NCBI RefSeq assembly: GCF_020745735.1
Contig: NC_083405.1
Coordinates: forward strand, 60,974,345-61,038,344
Direction: 5' to 3'
DNA length: 64,000 nucleotides
Source of the DNA: Hemiscyllium ocellatum
Taxonomy: Eukaryota
A program made the position numbers and the translations under genes. Shown in pieces: positions 39,101 through 46,769 of this stretch. The stretch's first letter is position 1. Every line of letters begins with the position of its first letter. The notes below the pieces were generated by a model, which had not been told where the DNA came from, searched no databases, and saw only the letters and a program-made list of their open reading frames with translations.

Positions 39101-42100
39101 CTCCAGTCTGAAAAATAGCCCTCCACCACCACCCTCTGTCTTCTACCTTTGAGCCAGTTCTGTATCCAAATGGCTAGTTCTCCCTGTATTCCATGAGATC
39201 TAACCTTGCTAATCCGTCTCCCATGGGGAATCTTGTTGAATGCCTTACTGAAGTCCATATAGATCACATCTACAGTTCTGCCCTTATCAATCCTCTGTTA
39301 CTTCCTCAAAAAACTCAATCAAGTTTGTGAGACATGATTTCCCATGCACAAAACAATGTTGACTATCCCAAATCAGTCCTTGCTTTTCCAAATACATGTA
39401 CATCCTGTTCCTCAGGATTCCCTCTAACAACTTGCCCACCATCGACGTCAGGCTCACTGGTCTACAGTTCTCTGGCATGTCCTTACCACCCTTCTTAAAC
39501 ATGGTTGGCACCATGTTAGCCAACTTCCAATCTTCTGACACCTCACCTGTGACTACCGATGATACAAATATCTCAGCAAGAGGCCCAGCAATTGCCTCTC
39601 TAGCTTCCCACAGAGTTCTAGGGTACACCTGATCAGGTCCTGGGATTTATCCACCTTTATGGGTTTCAAATCATCCAGCACTTCCTCCTCTGTGATATGG
39701 ACACTTTGCAAGATGTCACCATCTATTTCCCTACAGTCTATGTCCTCCACGTCCTTTTCCACAATAAATTTTGATGTAAAATACTCAGTATCTACTTCCT
39801 TTTCTGCAGCTGCACACACAGGCTACCTTGAGGGGTGCTGTTCTCTCCCTAGTTACACTAGGGAGTAATGTCCTTAATGTATTTGTGAAAACTCTGGATT
39901 CTCCTAAATTCTATTTGCCAAAGCTATCTCATGTCCCTTTTTTACCCTCCTAATTATTATACTCATTAACTTTGTATTTACACCATTAATTCATCTATTT
40001 TGTTCCACATACAGCACACATTCAAGTACTGAGCCATTTATTTTACCTTTTTTGTCATGTTTTCTCTCTTTTTGATCTGATTTGAGAACAGCCTGAATGT
40101 TCATTTATTTTATTGCTGTTTGGTAGACCTTGCAACTCTGAGACGGGTTACAGTTGTCTATAGATCTTGATAGTGATGAAGTGATTGACTAGATACCAAC
40201 AAGTTTGTCAAAAAAGCAGGATAATTATAATGGGAGGCTTTAATTTTTGCATACTAGGAGAAGTCTCAAAGGTGGCCCATTTATTGAGTGTAATAAATTT
40301 TTAGATGGTGGATTTGCATTTTAAAAGCCTAAAAAGAGAGGGCATGCTGATAGTTTCCAAGTTGAGGAAAATGGCCCCTTTCGTCTGTTGGGCCTTTTCC
40401 TTTATGGCTGGAATTGTCAAAAATAGACTTCTATGCTCGTGCTATTCATGTAGTATCTCATTCGTTCTTTCAGTCTAGTAAACTATATGAAATAGACTGC
40501 AGGTTTGTCTAGTCATATTTTATGACGCAAAGCAAATTTGCTCATGATTTTACATTGTCACTTATCTCATTATTTCTGTAATTTACATTTCTTTGCAGGG
40601 GAAAATCCATGTGTCCAAATGTTTCACTCACTTCATTGATTGAAAGAGAGATGGCAGCAAGACCACCCCCACCAATTGCACATTTTCGGCAACAAGCACT
40701 TAAGTGAGTAACATGAAGTACATCACCTTCACACTGGTAACTGTGATTTCACAAGTGAATTCTTGCATGCTTAACCGTACCAAATCTTTAACAAAGAACA
40801 CTCTTATCTATGTAAAACAATGGATTAAATTTTCCAAAGAGTGACAATCTCATGTAGACTGTCATTTTGTCCCTGCTCTATGAAAGGGGAGAGCTACAGC
40901 ATTCTGTCAGGAGATTCTGAAGAGACCTCCTTCAGAAAGTGGCACTGTAGTTCCATTCTGTCAGGTTCCTCACAGCAGAATTGTCAGGGGAAGTGAAACC
41001 ACTGCCACTTTAACAGCTTTTGTCAAACAGTAATTCCGTGAGAAAAGCGCGAGGGTAGGGTGCAAGGGGACCATCTAAGTGATACAGTATTTAGGATGGG
41101 TCACTGGGAAAGATCTGTTTTGGAGGTGGCCAGAAGGTGAGGTCATAGCACATTAATGTCCAAGGCTTTGGGGTAAGGGATGGCTGCTTCCCAGTGGGGC
41201 AGAGGCCGGTTGGGTCTGAAGATGGGTGGGAGAGGGACGGTGGAGTGTAACCAACATTCCGGTCTGGTGCAAGGGGGAATGGGGAATTGGTGAGGTTCAG
41301 AAAATCTGCTCCTGGGAGGTGAAGTGGGATTGGGTCCGGAGGTGGTAATGTTAATGGCTCATTTAATTGAATATGTGCAGTATTTGGAACAAAATAATTG
41401 AACTAATGGTACAAATACAAAGTTATGGGTATAATCGTTTTACTGCAGAGGCACGGTTACGATATAACCAAAGCTGGGAACTAAGTATTCAGTGATATTT
41501 GACTTTTCAAAGGAACAAGCAGGAAGAAATGGTAGTATTGTTGATATGGGATGGAATAAGTATGGTAGCAAGAAATGATCTTGAATCAGAGATCCAAAAT
41601 CCAGGTCTAGCACCAGGAAACTGAGTCGGCAAGTGTAAGGTGTGTCAGGTCAAACAGTGGAAACGGATGGGTCAGGTCTGCAGCAGTAAGAAAAGGCGTA
41701 TCTGGTCCCTAGACATAAACTGTTAAGTCCTGGGAATTTGTCAGATTTTAGTTCCTTAAAAGTCTTAAATACTTTGTCTTTCTCAAATATAATTGCCTTC
41801 TTTTTGCACTCAGGAACATAACTTGTGTTGTCTTCTATGAAACCAGATTAAACACAATATGGCCAATGCCTCTGCCATTTGCTTGAACCAGTATTTACAT
41901 TGGCTTGTCTTTTCCTTTTTATAAATTCCTAAAAGCTCTTACAATTTGTTTTCATGGCTAGTTTGCTCTGCTATGTTGTTTTAAATCAACTTTTTATTAA
42001 ACTCTGGCATATGTTACTTTTAGACTTGGAATTCAGTTGTATTATGATCACTTGTTACTCAATCTTTTATTGTGAGCTTACTAATTAATCTTGCCTTAGT

Positions 42101-42833
42101 ACATAATCGATTTAAAACGGCTTTATCCCTGTTTGATTCACAATGCGCAATATTGTCCAGGAATCTTGCACGGAGGCATTCTACAAACTCATCGTGTGCC
42201 AATTTGATTATACTAGTCTGTGAAGGTTAAAGCCCCTCCACAGTTTCTATATTGTCTTTGTTATACACTCCAATAATGATGAATGAAAATATTGCACAAG
42301 CTTTTACAGTGGACAAAAGGGATTAAGGGTTAAAGCTTAAGCCATATAGTCAGCAATAAGGAAGGTGGCTACATATGTCAGAATTAACAAACTAGACATC
42401 AGACTTCAAGGTTAATAGCTAGAAGTCACGTTAATAAAGGCCTAGAATGAAACAATGCCTTCAAAGACTGCAAAACAAAGATAATATAGAACATGTGTTG
42501 ATGTTTGGGAATCATCGCTGTAATTATAACCATGCCGTAATCTGTATAAATCTTGGAATTCTCTTGGAGCAAGCGTTGACCAATTGTTAAAGTTTCTTTC
42601 CAAATGTTGTATCAAATAAACAATTGTTATGTTCTCCTGGAGATCTCTACTGATTTGCAAAATGGAAACAAATATGTATCTTGAGGAGATCTAGTTTACA
42701 TGTGATTATTGATAATTGGAAATGTACAAATTAAGATTTTCTATAATTTTACAGGATTGACAATGGAACAGTTGCCCTGCAAAAGCCGTTCAAGGAAGAA
42801 CCAGTCATTGATTACTTTGATGTTCAAGACTAG
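2998..42833 (+). CDS. NFX1: NFX1 (nuclear transcription factor X-box binding 1, long R3H-containing isoform), 3' part; 18 coding exons, 1924 nt; 5' exons lie upstream of the window
   Basis: The spliced exons translate without stops into repeated C-x3-L-x-CG-x-H-x-C-x3-CH-x-G-x-C-x-PC NF-X1 zinc fingers, an R3H domain ([19 protein letters not shown]) and the end [11 protein letters not shown]. This is collinear with human NFX1 as I recall it. All introns are GT-AG with consistent phases. Confidence 0.97.
3318..3835 (-). mobile_element. Decayed CR1 LINE 3' fragment
   Basis: Reverse-complement similarity to CR1 3' ends elsewhere in the window. Confidence 0.5.
4270..4678 (+). mobile_element. Decayed CR1 ORF2 fragment
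   Basis: LKTDKS...HERMLKEV resembles the LKIDKSPGP...PRVLREV segment of the 21-23 kb CR1. Confidence 0.65.
4679..5100 (+). mobile_element. Penelope-like element 3' end plus pseudo-LTR
   Basis: HEHQLA...EAWHS...INKHID remnants match the GIY-YIG ORF at 49571-50146; the terminal repeat matches 47676-47808. Confidence 0.8.
5322..5815. mobile_element. Penelope-like 3' end arranged as an inverted repeat
   Basis: About 5330-5545 is the reverse complement of about 5560-5780 (gtttgctcgctgagctg / cagcttagcgagcaaac). Confidence 0.8.
5876..6186 (-). mobile_element. tRNA-derived SINE (HE1/V-SINE-like), well preserved
   Basis: The - strand begins GGGCAGCACGGTGGCACAGTGGTTAGCAC (A box), then GGTTCAGTTCC (B box), central TGCGTGGGTTTCCTCCGGGTGCTCCGGTTTCCTCCCACAGTCCAAAGA, a CR1-like tail and (TCTAA)n. 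Confidence 0.92.
6357..6990 (+). mobile_element. Possible decayed LTR
   Basis: CCAAT (6423, 6497), TATAAAA (6521) and AATAAA (6872) in LTR-like order; no clean termini or TSD found. Confidence 0.35.
8585..8684 (+). CDS. NFX1: NFX1 exon ([34 protein letters not shown])
   Basis: ttctag acceptor and gtgaat donor; phase 1 in, phase 2 out. Confidence 0.95.
9152..9565 (-). mobile_element. CR1 LINE 3' fragment
   Basis: agaccataaga tail, the reverse complement of tcttatggtct as at 23235. Confidence 0.75.
10155..10372 (+). CDS. NFX1: NFX1 exon ([25 protein letters not shown]...[10 protein letters not shown])
   Basis: ccttag acceptor and gtgagg donor; lies within ORF 9889-10395. Confidence 0.96.
12232..13456 (-). 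mobile_element. Internally deleted Penelope-like retroelement with inverted terminal repeats
   Basis: RT remnants on the - strand: [16 protein letters not shown] (~13000-13050) and [12 protein letters not shown] (~12563-12598). The termini match the palindromic family. TSD-like tagg(aa)tctcttgc on both sides. Confidence 0.85.
13768..13865 (+). CDS. NFX1: NFX1 exon ([33 protein letters not shown])
   Basis: atatag acceptor and gtgagg donor. Confidence 0.95.
14591..14621 (+). CDS. NFX1: NFX1 31-nt exon ([10 protein letters not shown])
   Basis: gcatag acceptor and gtaagc donor; needed to keep the frame between its neighbours. Confidence 0.9.
15337..15419 (+). CDS. NFX1: NFX1 exon ((A)[27 protein letters not shown]); alternative start at 15340
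   Basis: Tandem TAG-CAG acceptor and gtaagt donor. Confidence 0.94.
15712..16260 (-). mobile_element. Decayed CR1 LINE 3' fragment
   Basis: Reverse-complement similarity to CR1 RT C-terminus and 3' UTR. Confidence 0.5.
16299..16627 (+). mobile_element. tRNA-derived SINE (HE1-like), diverged
   Basis: ggcacagtggctcagtg head and tttcctcccacagtcc core. Confidence 0.8.
18771..18879 (+). CDS. NFX1: NFX1 exon ([36 protein letters not shown])
   Basis: tttaag acceptor and gtaagt donor. Confidence 0.95.
19826..19945 (+). CDS. NFX1: NFX1 exon ([40 protein letters not shown])
   Basis: gtttag acceptor and gtaaga donor. Confidence 0.96.
20460..20558 (+). mobile_element. Single arm of the palindromic Penelope-derived family
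   Basis: ctgaggaagggcttattcctaaaac...ctgtgcttttccagcac. Confidence 0.65.
20995..23247 (+). mobile_element. CR1-clade LINE, 5'-truncated, young; near-intact reverse transcriptase
   Basis: ORFs 20974-21615 and 21721-23163 are separated by a frameshift. Motifs [32 protein letters not shown] and FADD are present. The 3' tail is tcttatggtctta. Confidence 0.96.
23439..23518 (+). CDS. NFX1: NFX1 exon ([27 protein letters not shown])
   Basis: ctacag acceptor and gtaagt donor. Confidence 0.96.
24772..25002 (+). CDS. NFX1: NFX1 exon ([15 protein letters not shown]...[10 protein letters not shown])
   Basis: taccag acceptor and gtaagt donor; 77 codons. Confidence 0.96.
26121..26194 (+). CDS. NFX1: NFX1 exon ([25 protein letters not shown])
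   Basis: ttgcag acceptor and gtttgt donor. Confidence 0.93.
27150..28047 (+). mobile_element. CR1 LINE 3' fragment, frameshifted
   Basis: ataaatgacttggat...tttgctgatgacac (FADD); [13 protein letters not shown]. Confidence 0.9.
29065..29166 (+). CDS. NFX1: NFX1 exon ([34 protein letters not shown])
   Basis: gtgtag acceptor and gtaaat donor. Confidence 0.95.
29395..29740 (+). mobile_element. Decayed CR1 3' end
   Basis: Similar to 22880-23247. Confidence 0.7.
29805..29846 (+). CDS. NFX1: NFX1 exon ([14 protein letters not shown])
   Basis: atgcag acceptor and gtgagt donor. Confidence 0.94.
32600..32980. mobile_element. Old SINE remnants (tRNA/Deu-SINE-like)
   Basis: tRNA-like head gtttagtggtag... 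and a decayed gactgtgcagcattcc...agtgtcagcct segment; family assignment is from recollection only. Confidence 0.35.
33144..33242 (+). CDS. NFX1: NFX1 exon ([33 protein letters not shown])
   Basis: tcacag acceptor and gtaggc donor. Confidence 0.95.
34226..34292 (+). CDS. NFX1: NFX1 exon ([22 protein letters not shown])
   Basis: ctaaag acceptor (AAG type) and gttggt donor. Confidence 0.92.
34850..35405 (+). mobile_element. CR1/HER1-type LINE 3' fragment
   Basis: EVYKIMR...[14 protein letters not shown]; same family as 38110-39945. Confidence 0.88.
35441..35652. mobile_element. Short palindromic Penelope-derived insertion
   Basis: Inverted arms; perfect 14-bp TSD CTGCCTTCTGAAAT at 35427-35440 and 35653-35666. 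Confidence 0.9.
36745..36890 (+). CDS. NFX1: NFX1 R3H-domain exon ([49 protein letters not shown])
   Basis: atccag acceptor and gtgagt donor; R-x3-H motif RRIIH. Confidence 0.97.
37075..37725 (+). mobile_element. CR1 LINE 3' fragment
   Basis: [18 protein letters not shown]; CR1 3' tail. Confidence 0.9.
38115..39950 (-). mobile_element. CR1/HER1-type LINE, 5'-truncated, frameshifted
   Basis: Track ORFs on the - strand with [14 protein letters not shown] and DFSKAF. Confidence 0.95.
40599..40703 (+). CDS. NFX1: NFX1 exon ([35 protein letters not shown])
   Basis: ttgcag acceptor and gtgagt donor. Confidence 0.95.
42755..42833 (+). CDS. NFX1: NFX1 terminal coding exon ([25 protein letters not shown])
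   Basis: ttacag acceptor; TAG stop at 42831-42833. Confidence 0.96.
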
Positions 42834-43132
42834 AAGAAGACTTATTTTCAAAAACTTTTGAAATTTAGATCACACATCTGGAGAGTAAGCGGTTGAGAAA
42901 TAACCTGATCAATAGTGCACAAAAAAGAATCACTGAAGATTTGTAAGGTGATAAAATTGTGTCGATCCTTTAAACTTCAATTCAATATGCATAACAAAGT
43001 GAGCTGCTAGTCTCTGCTGTAAGGTGTCACTGTTGCATGAGACAAACCTAAGAATTAAAGCAAAATCTGTGGGATGACTATGTAAACCATGCATTCCTAT
43101 CAGCTGTTGTATTGCTCCTGTTAATGGTGCTG

Positions 43133-43138
43133 AATAAA
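43133..43138 (+). terminator. Probable NFX1 polyadenylation signal
   Basis: AATAAA 300 nt after the stop, followed by a T/GT-rich tract (ttgtttttcccttggttttttcc). Confidence 0.65.
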
Positions 43139-43429
43139 CGGTTAACATTGTTTTTCCCTTGGTTTTTTCCTTTTGAAAGAAATCAACATCAACGTGATAA
43201 TGTTAAAGGTGGCTGTGTAATAATTGCACTCAACGATTAAAGAAATTTCAACAAATATAATTTGTCTCATTTTAATGAGCTATGTGTGAATGAACCTTTT
43301 GGAAGTAAAGCCACAACAATTAGATTTGTTGCAAACTGTTGGAATACAATAGTTAATCCTTTTTGAGAAACATCCTCTCTTCCAGATTAAAATACTCACA
43401 GTGCATGACTATTAACTGACAGCCATTGC

Positions 43430-43775
43430 AGAGATATTGAGTCAGATGTACAGTACTGAAACAGACCCTTCGGTCCAACTTGCTCATTAGGTCCCTTCTA
43501 AATCTTTCCCCTCACACTCCAAATCTATGCCCTCTAGTCCAGGACTCCCCCCACCCCAGAGAAAAGACTTTGTCTATTTATCCTATCCATGCCCTTCATG
43601 ATTTTATAAACCTCTATAATGTCACCCCTCAGCCTCTGATGCTCCAGGGAAACCATCTGAGCCTATTCAGCCTCTCCCTATAACTCAAACCTTCCAACCC
43701 TGGCAACATCCTTATAAATCTTTTCACAATTTTCTTCCAGTATGAGGGAGACCAGAATTGCACTCAATATTCCTA
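43430..43775 (-). mobile_element. CR1 LINE 3' fragment
   Basis: Matches 38130-38640. Confidence 0.8.
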
Positions 43776-44374
43776 TAATAATCTCTTTCAGATTTGATTG
43801 ATTTTACCACTAAACCCAATCTTGGTCCCTTTCTGAAACCTTTGGTGTATACTTGAGTATTGTATTACAGAATGTCCCTAATCTCCAGGTTATTGGGCTG
43901 TAGAAAGGTGGTAAACCTCATCTACACCTGAAATCTTGTCTGAAGCATGAGGGGCAACATAACCTAAGTGCTACAATTCTAAAAGAGATGTGAGACAGGG
44001 AGACACATGGGAATGTGTATACATTAATCTTTGGGGTGGCAGAACAAATTGAGAAAGTGTATTCTTTTAAAACGTGATCTTGTCTAAATAAAGGCAAAGT
44101 GCAAAATAAAGCAAACTACCTTTAAACCTCCAGAAGTAAATTGTTTGACGTCAACAAAAATATTGGGTTTACATCTAGGTTCAATACTGATACCTAGGCT
44201 GAGAAGAGTATTGGAGATTCACTTTCTTAATATTATTAGGAATGAACAACTTCAGTTATTAAAGAGAGATAATTATATTTCACTGAAGGTGTAATCCTCC
44301 AGAGGTCCTGAACATCATTTCTGCCAGTGTTAAGCCAATTCAATTCCACATAATATGGAGAAGTATTTAGAGGA

Positions 44375-45250
44375 ACTTGACATTTCTGCAATAATACTGA
44401 AAACTTCTGCTCCAGGACTACTCCAACGCTTGCATTTACCCAACAATATGCAAAATTGCCCAAGTATGTCCTGTACAGAAAAAGCAGGATCGATCCAGCC
44501 CAGCCTTTTGATATCCATAAAGTGACATGGATGGTGTCATCAACAGTGCTATCAAGCAGCACTTGCTCCATGATGACTGGTTTGGGTTCTGCCAGGGCCA
44601 CTCAGCTCCTGCCCTTCATTACAGCCTTGGTTCAAACATGGACAAAAATTCTGAATTCTGGGGTGAGTGACTGCCCTTGTCATTAAGGCCACATTTGATT
44701 GAATGAGACATCAAGGAACTGTCATGTGAGCAATTGAGGATTCTAGATCTGTACTAAGATTTTAGAAGAATGGGGGGTGGGTAATTGAATTGAAACTCTC
44801 GGAAGACTGAGAGGCCTGGCTAGAATGGACATGGTGAAGGTTTTTCCACTTATAGGAGAAACTAGAACCTGAAGGCACAGACCAGGAGTGAGGGGACAAC
44901 CCTTTTGATGAGGAATTTTAGACCGTGGTAAATATGTGGAACGTATTGCCGCAGATCGCTGTGGAGGCCAAATCATTGAACGTATTTATTTGATTAAGGT
45001 CACAGGGAGCAGGGAACAGAGAATGGGGTTGAGAAACATTACACGTGATTGAATGGCATAGTAGTCTTAGTGGGCCAAGTGGCAGGAATCGGGTGGGGAA
45101 GGTCTTTGCTGGTTGGAATCATACTAGACATCTAGGAACATCGTTGTGGTTGCTGGAAATCTGTCAGCTCCAGGATGTGTCTGGAGGGGTTCCTCAGTGT
45201 AGTGTCCTAGGCCCAGCCATCTTCAGCTGCTTCATCAGTGACCTTCCCTC
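44375..45250 (+). mobile_element. Mosaic of decayed LINE fragments (a second CR1-like family interrupted by a CR1 3' end)
   Basis: GVPQCSVLGP at ~45185; shares gccagggccactcagctcctg with ~57525. Confidence 0.65.
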
Positions 45251-45714
45251 CATGTTTTTAGGAACAATAAGTCTCTCCAAGGCCCACTGCCTGGAACTGT
45301 TAGTGGCCACCTTGGCCAGGCCGTGGAGCAGAGTCACGAGATAGCCCTTTGACTTGCCTGCCCCTTCCCACACCAAATGCCTGTAGATCAGGAGTGAGGG
45401 GCTGAAGTGTAACCAAAACTTTAGTAGCAGCCCCTTCAAATAAACTAAAAATGTGCTGCAAATGGAAACATTCTACATAGACCTGAAACACTCCAGGTTA
45501 CAAAATCTACACGAGCAATTTATAGTGAATGTGAATCTGGATAAGGGCCTGAATAACATTTATGATAGAGATCATTCATACCTTTTTTGTGGAGCTGAAA
45601 AAGACAGCAAGTTAAAAATTCCCTGCTGATACATAATTTTTTTTCCAAAATGTTTAGATTCATAAAGCCCAGGGTTACAAGAAATTAAAACTTCACAAAG
45701 AGGGTCTACTTAAT

Positions 45715-46005
45715 GAGTTTTGAGAATCCTTGTCCATCCTAGGACAAGCTAAACAGAGACACACACCAGACTTCCTAAAAGCATTGCAGTCCAACCTTCC
45801 TCTACCAACAAACACGTTGACTTGGATCCTGTTTACCACCCCCTGAGACAAAGAAAGGGAAATGATTTCATCACAGGAAATGACATCACCAACCCAAGGA
45901 AACCTAAACACAAATAGAAAGCCATGCCGCCAGCAATGATGTTACCTACTATGGTGATGAAACATCTGAAAATGAACCTTCCAGCTCAGTGAGCAAACCT
46001 ACATA
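45715..46005 (+). mobile_element. Penelope-like 3' end fragment
   Basis: Matches 5560-5780 and 49575-49860. Confidence 0.75.
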
Positions 46006-46572
46006 AAAGAGGGTATACCTGTCAAGAACAATTGAACAAAATCTGGCTGTTTACTGTAGAGAAGAGGAGACCAATGAGAGACCTCATGAGGTGTTTAACA
46101 TCACAAAAAGATTCAACTGTTGGTATAGTAAAATATTTTCACCCACTGCTGAGATCAAAATTAGGGCCAAACTAAAATGTAAACATTAGTAAATTCAATA
46201 GGAATTTGGGAAAAATCATATTTGACTAAAGTGTGGTAAGATTGTAATATATGCACTCACATAAAATAGTTGAGGCAAACAGCACAGAGGAAGAAAATAA
46301 TATAAGGAAATGTTAACAGGATTAGATGAGATGAGATAGGCAGCAGTCAGCCTGAATGACATCTTTATATGGTTTGCAAACACTACAAAGGCCACTAAAT
46401 TTCATGAAGACATGCACACACATCTAATAAAGTTCAAGCCCATACTGGATCAATCATTATTTTCAAACCCTTATGTAAAGTCTATTTCTCTCTTGTCAGG
46501 GAACAAAGGTTCTGACAGATTAACTGTCTTTGGTGGACCATAGCAATGCTTTCACAAAGATTAGTAGATCTT

Positions 46573-46769
46573 CTATCTCCCAGCCTGTCCTTTGCACATG
46601 AGCTTTCCTATAGTATAAAAGGCCATCTCTAATGGTGCGCCTTTGGTATCGCCAAAGTGTACAGCTTGGATAGGCAGTGATGATTTATCACGTAGGATTC
46701 CTTCATCTGTTCTCCAAATGTGGTCATTGCTGTCACAATTGCAGAGCTTTCCTGGGACAGAACAGGATC
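46573..46769 (-). CDS. Terminal coding exon (GSCSVPGKLCNCDSNDHIWRTDEGILRDKSSLPIQAVHFGDTKGAPLEMAFYTIGKLMCKGQAGR*)
   Basis: ttctag acceptor; TAG stop at 46575-46573; paralogous to exon 63459-63644. Confidence 0.92.
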
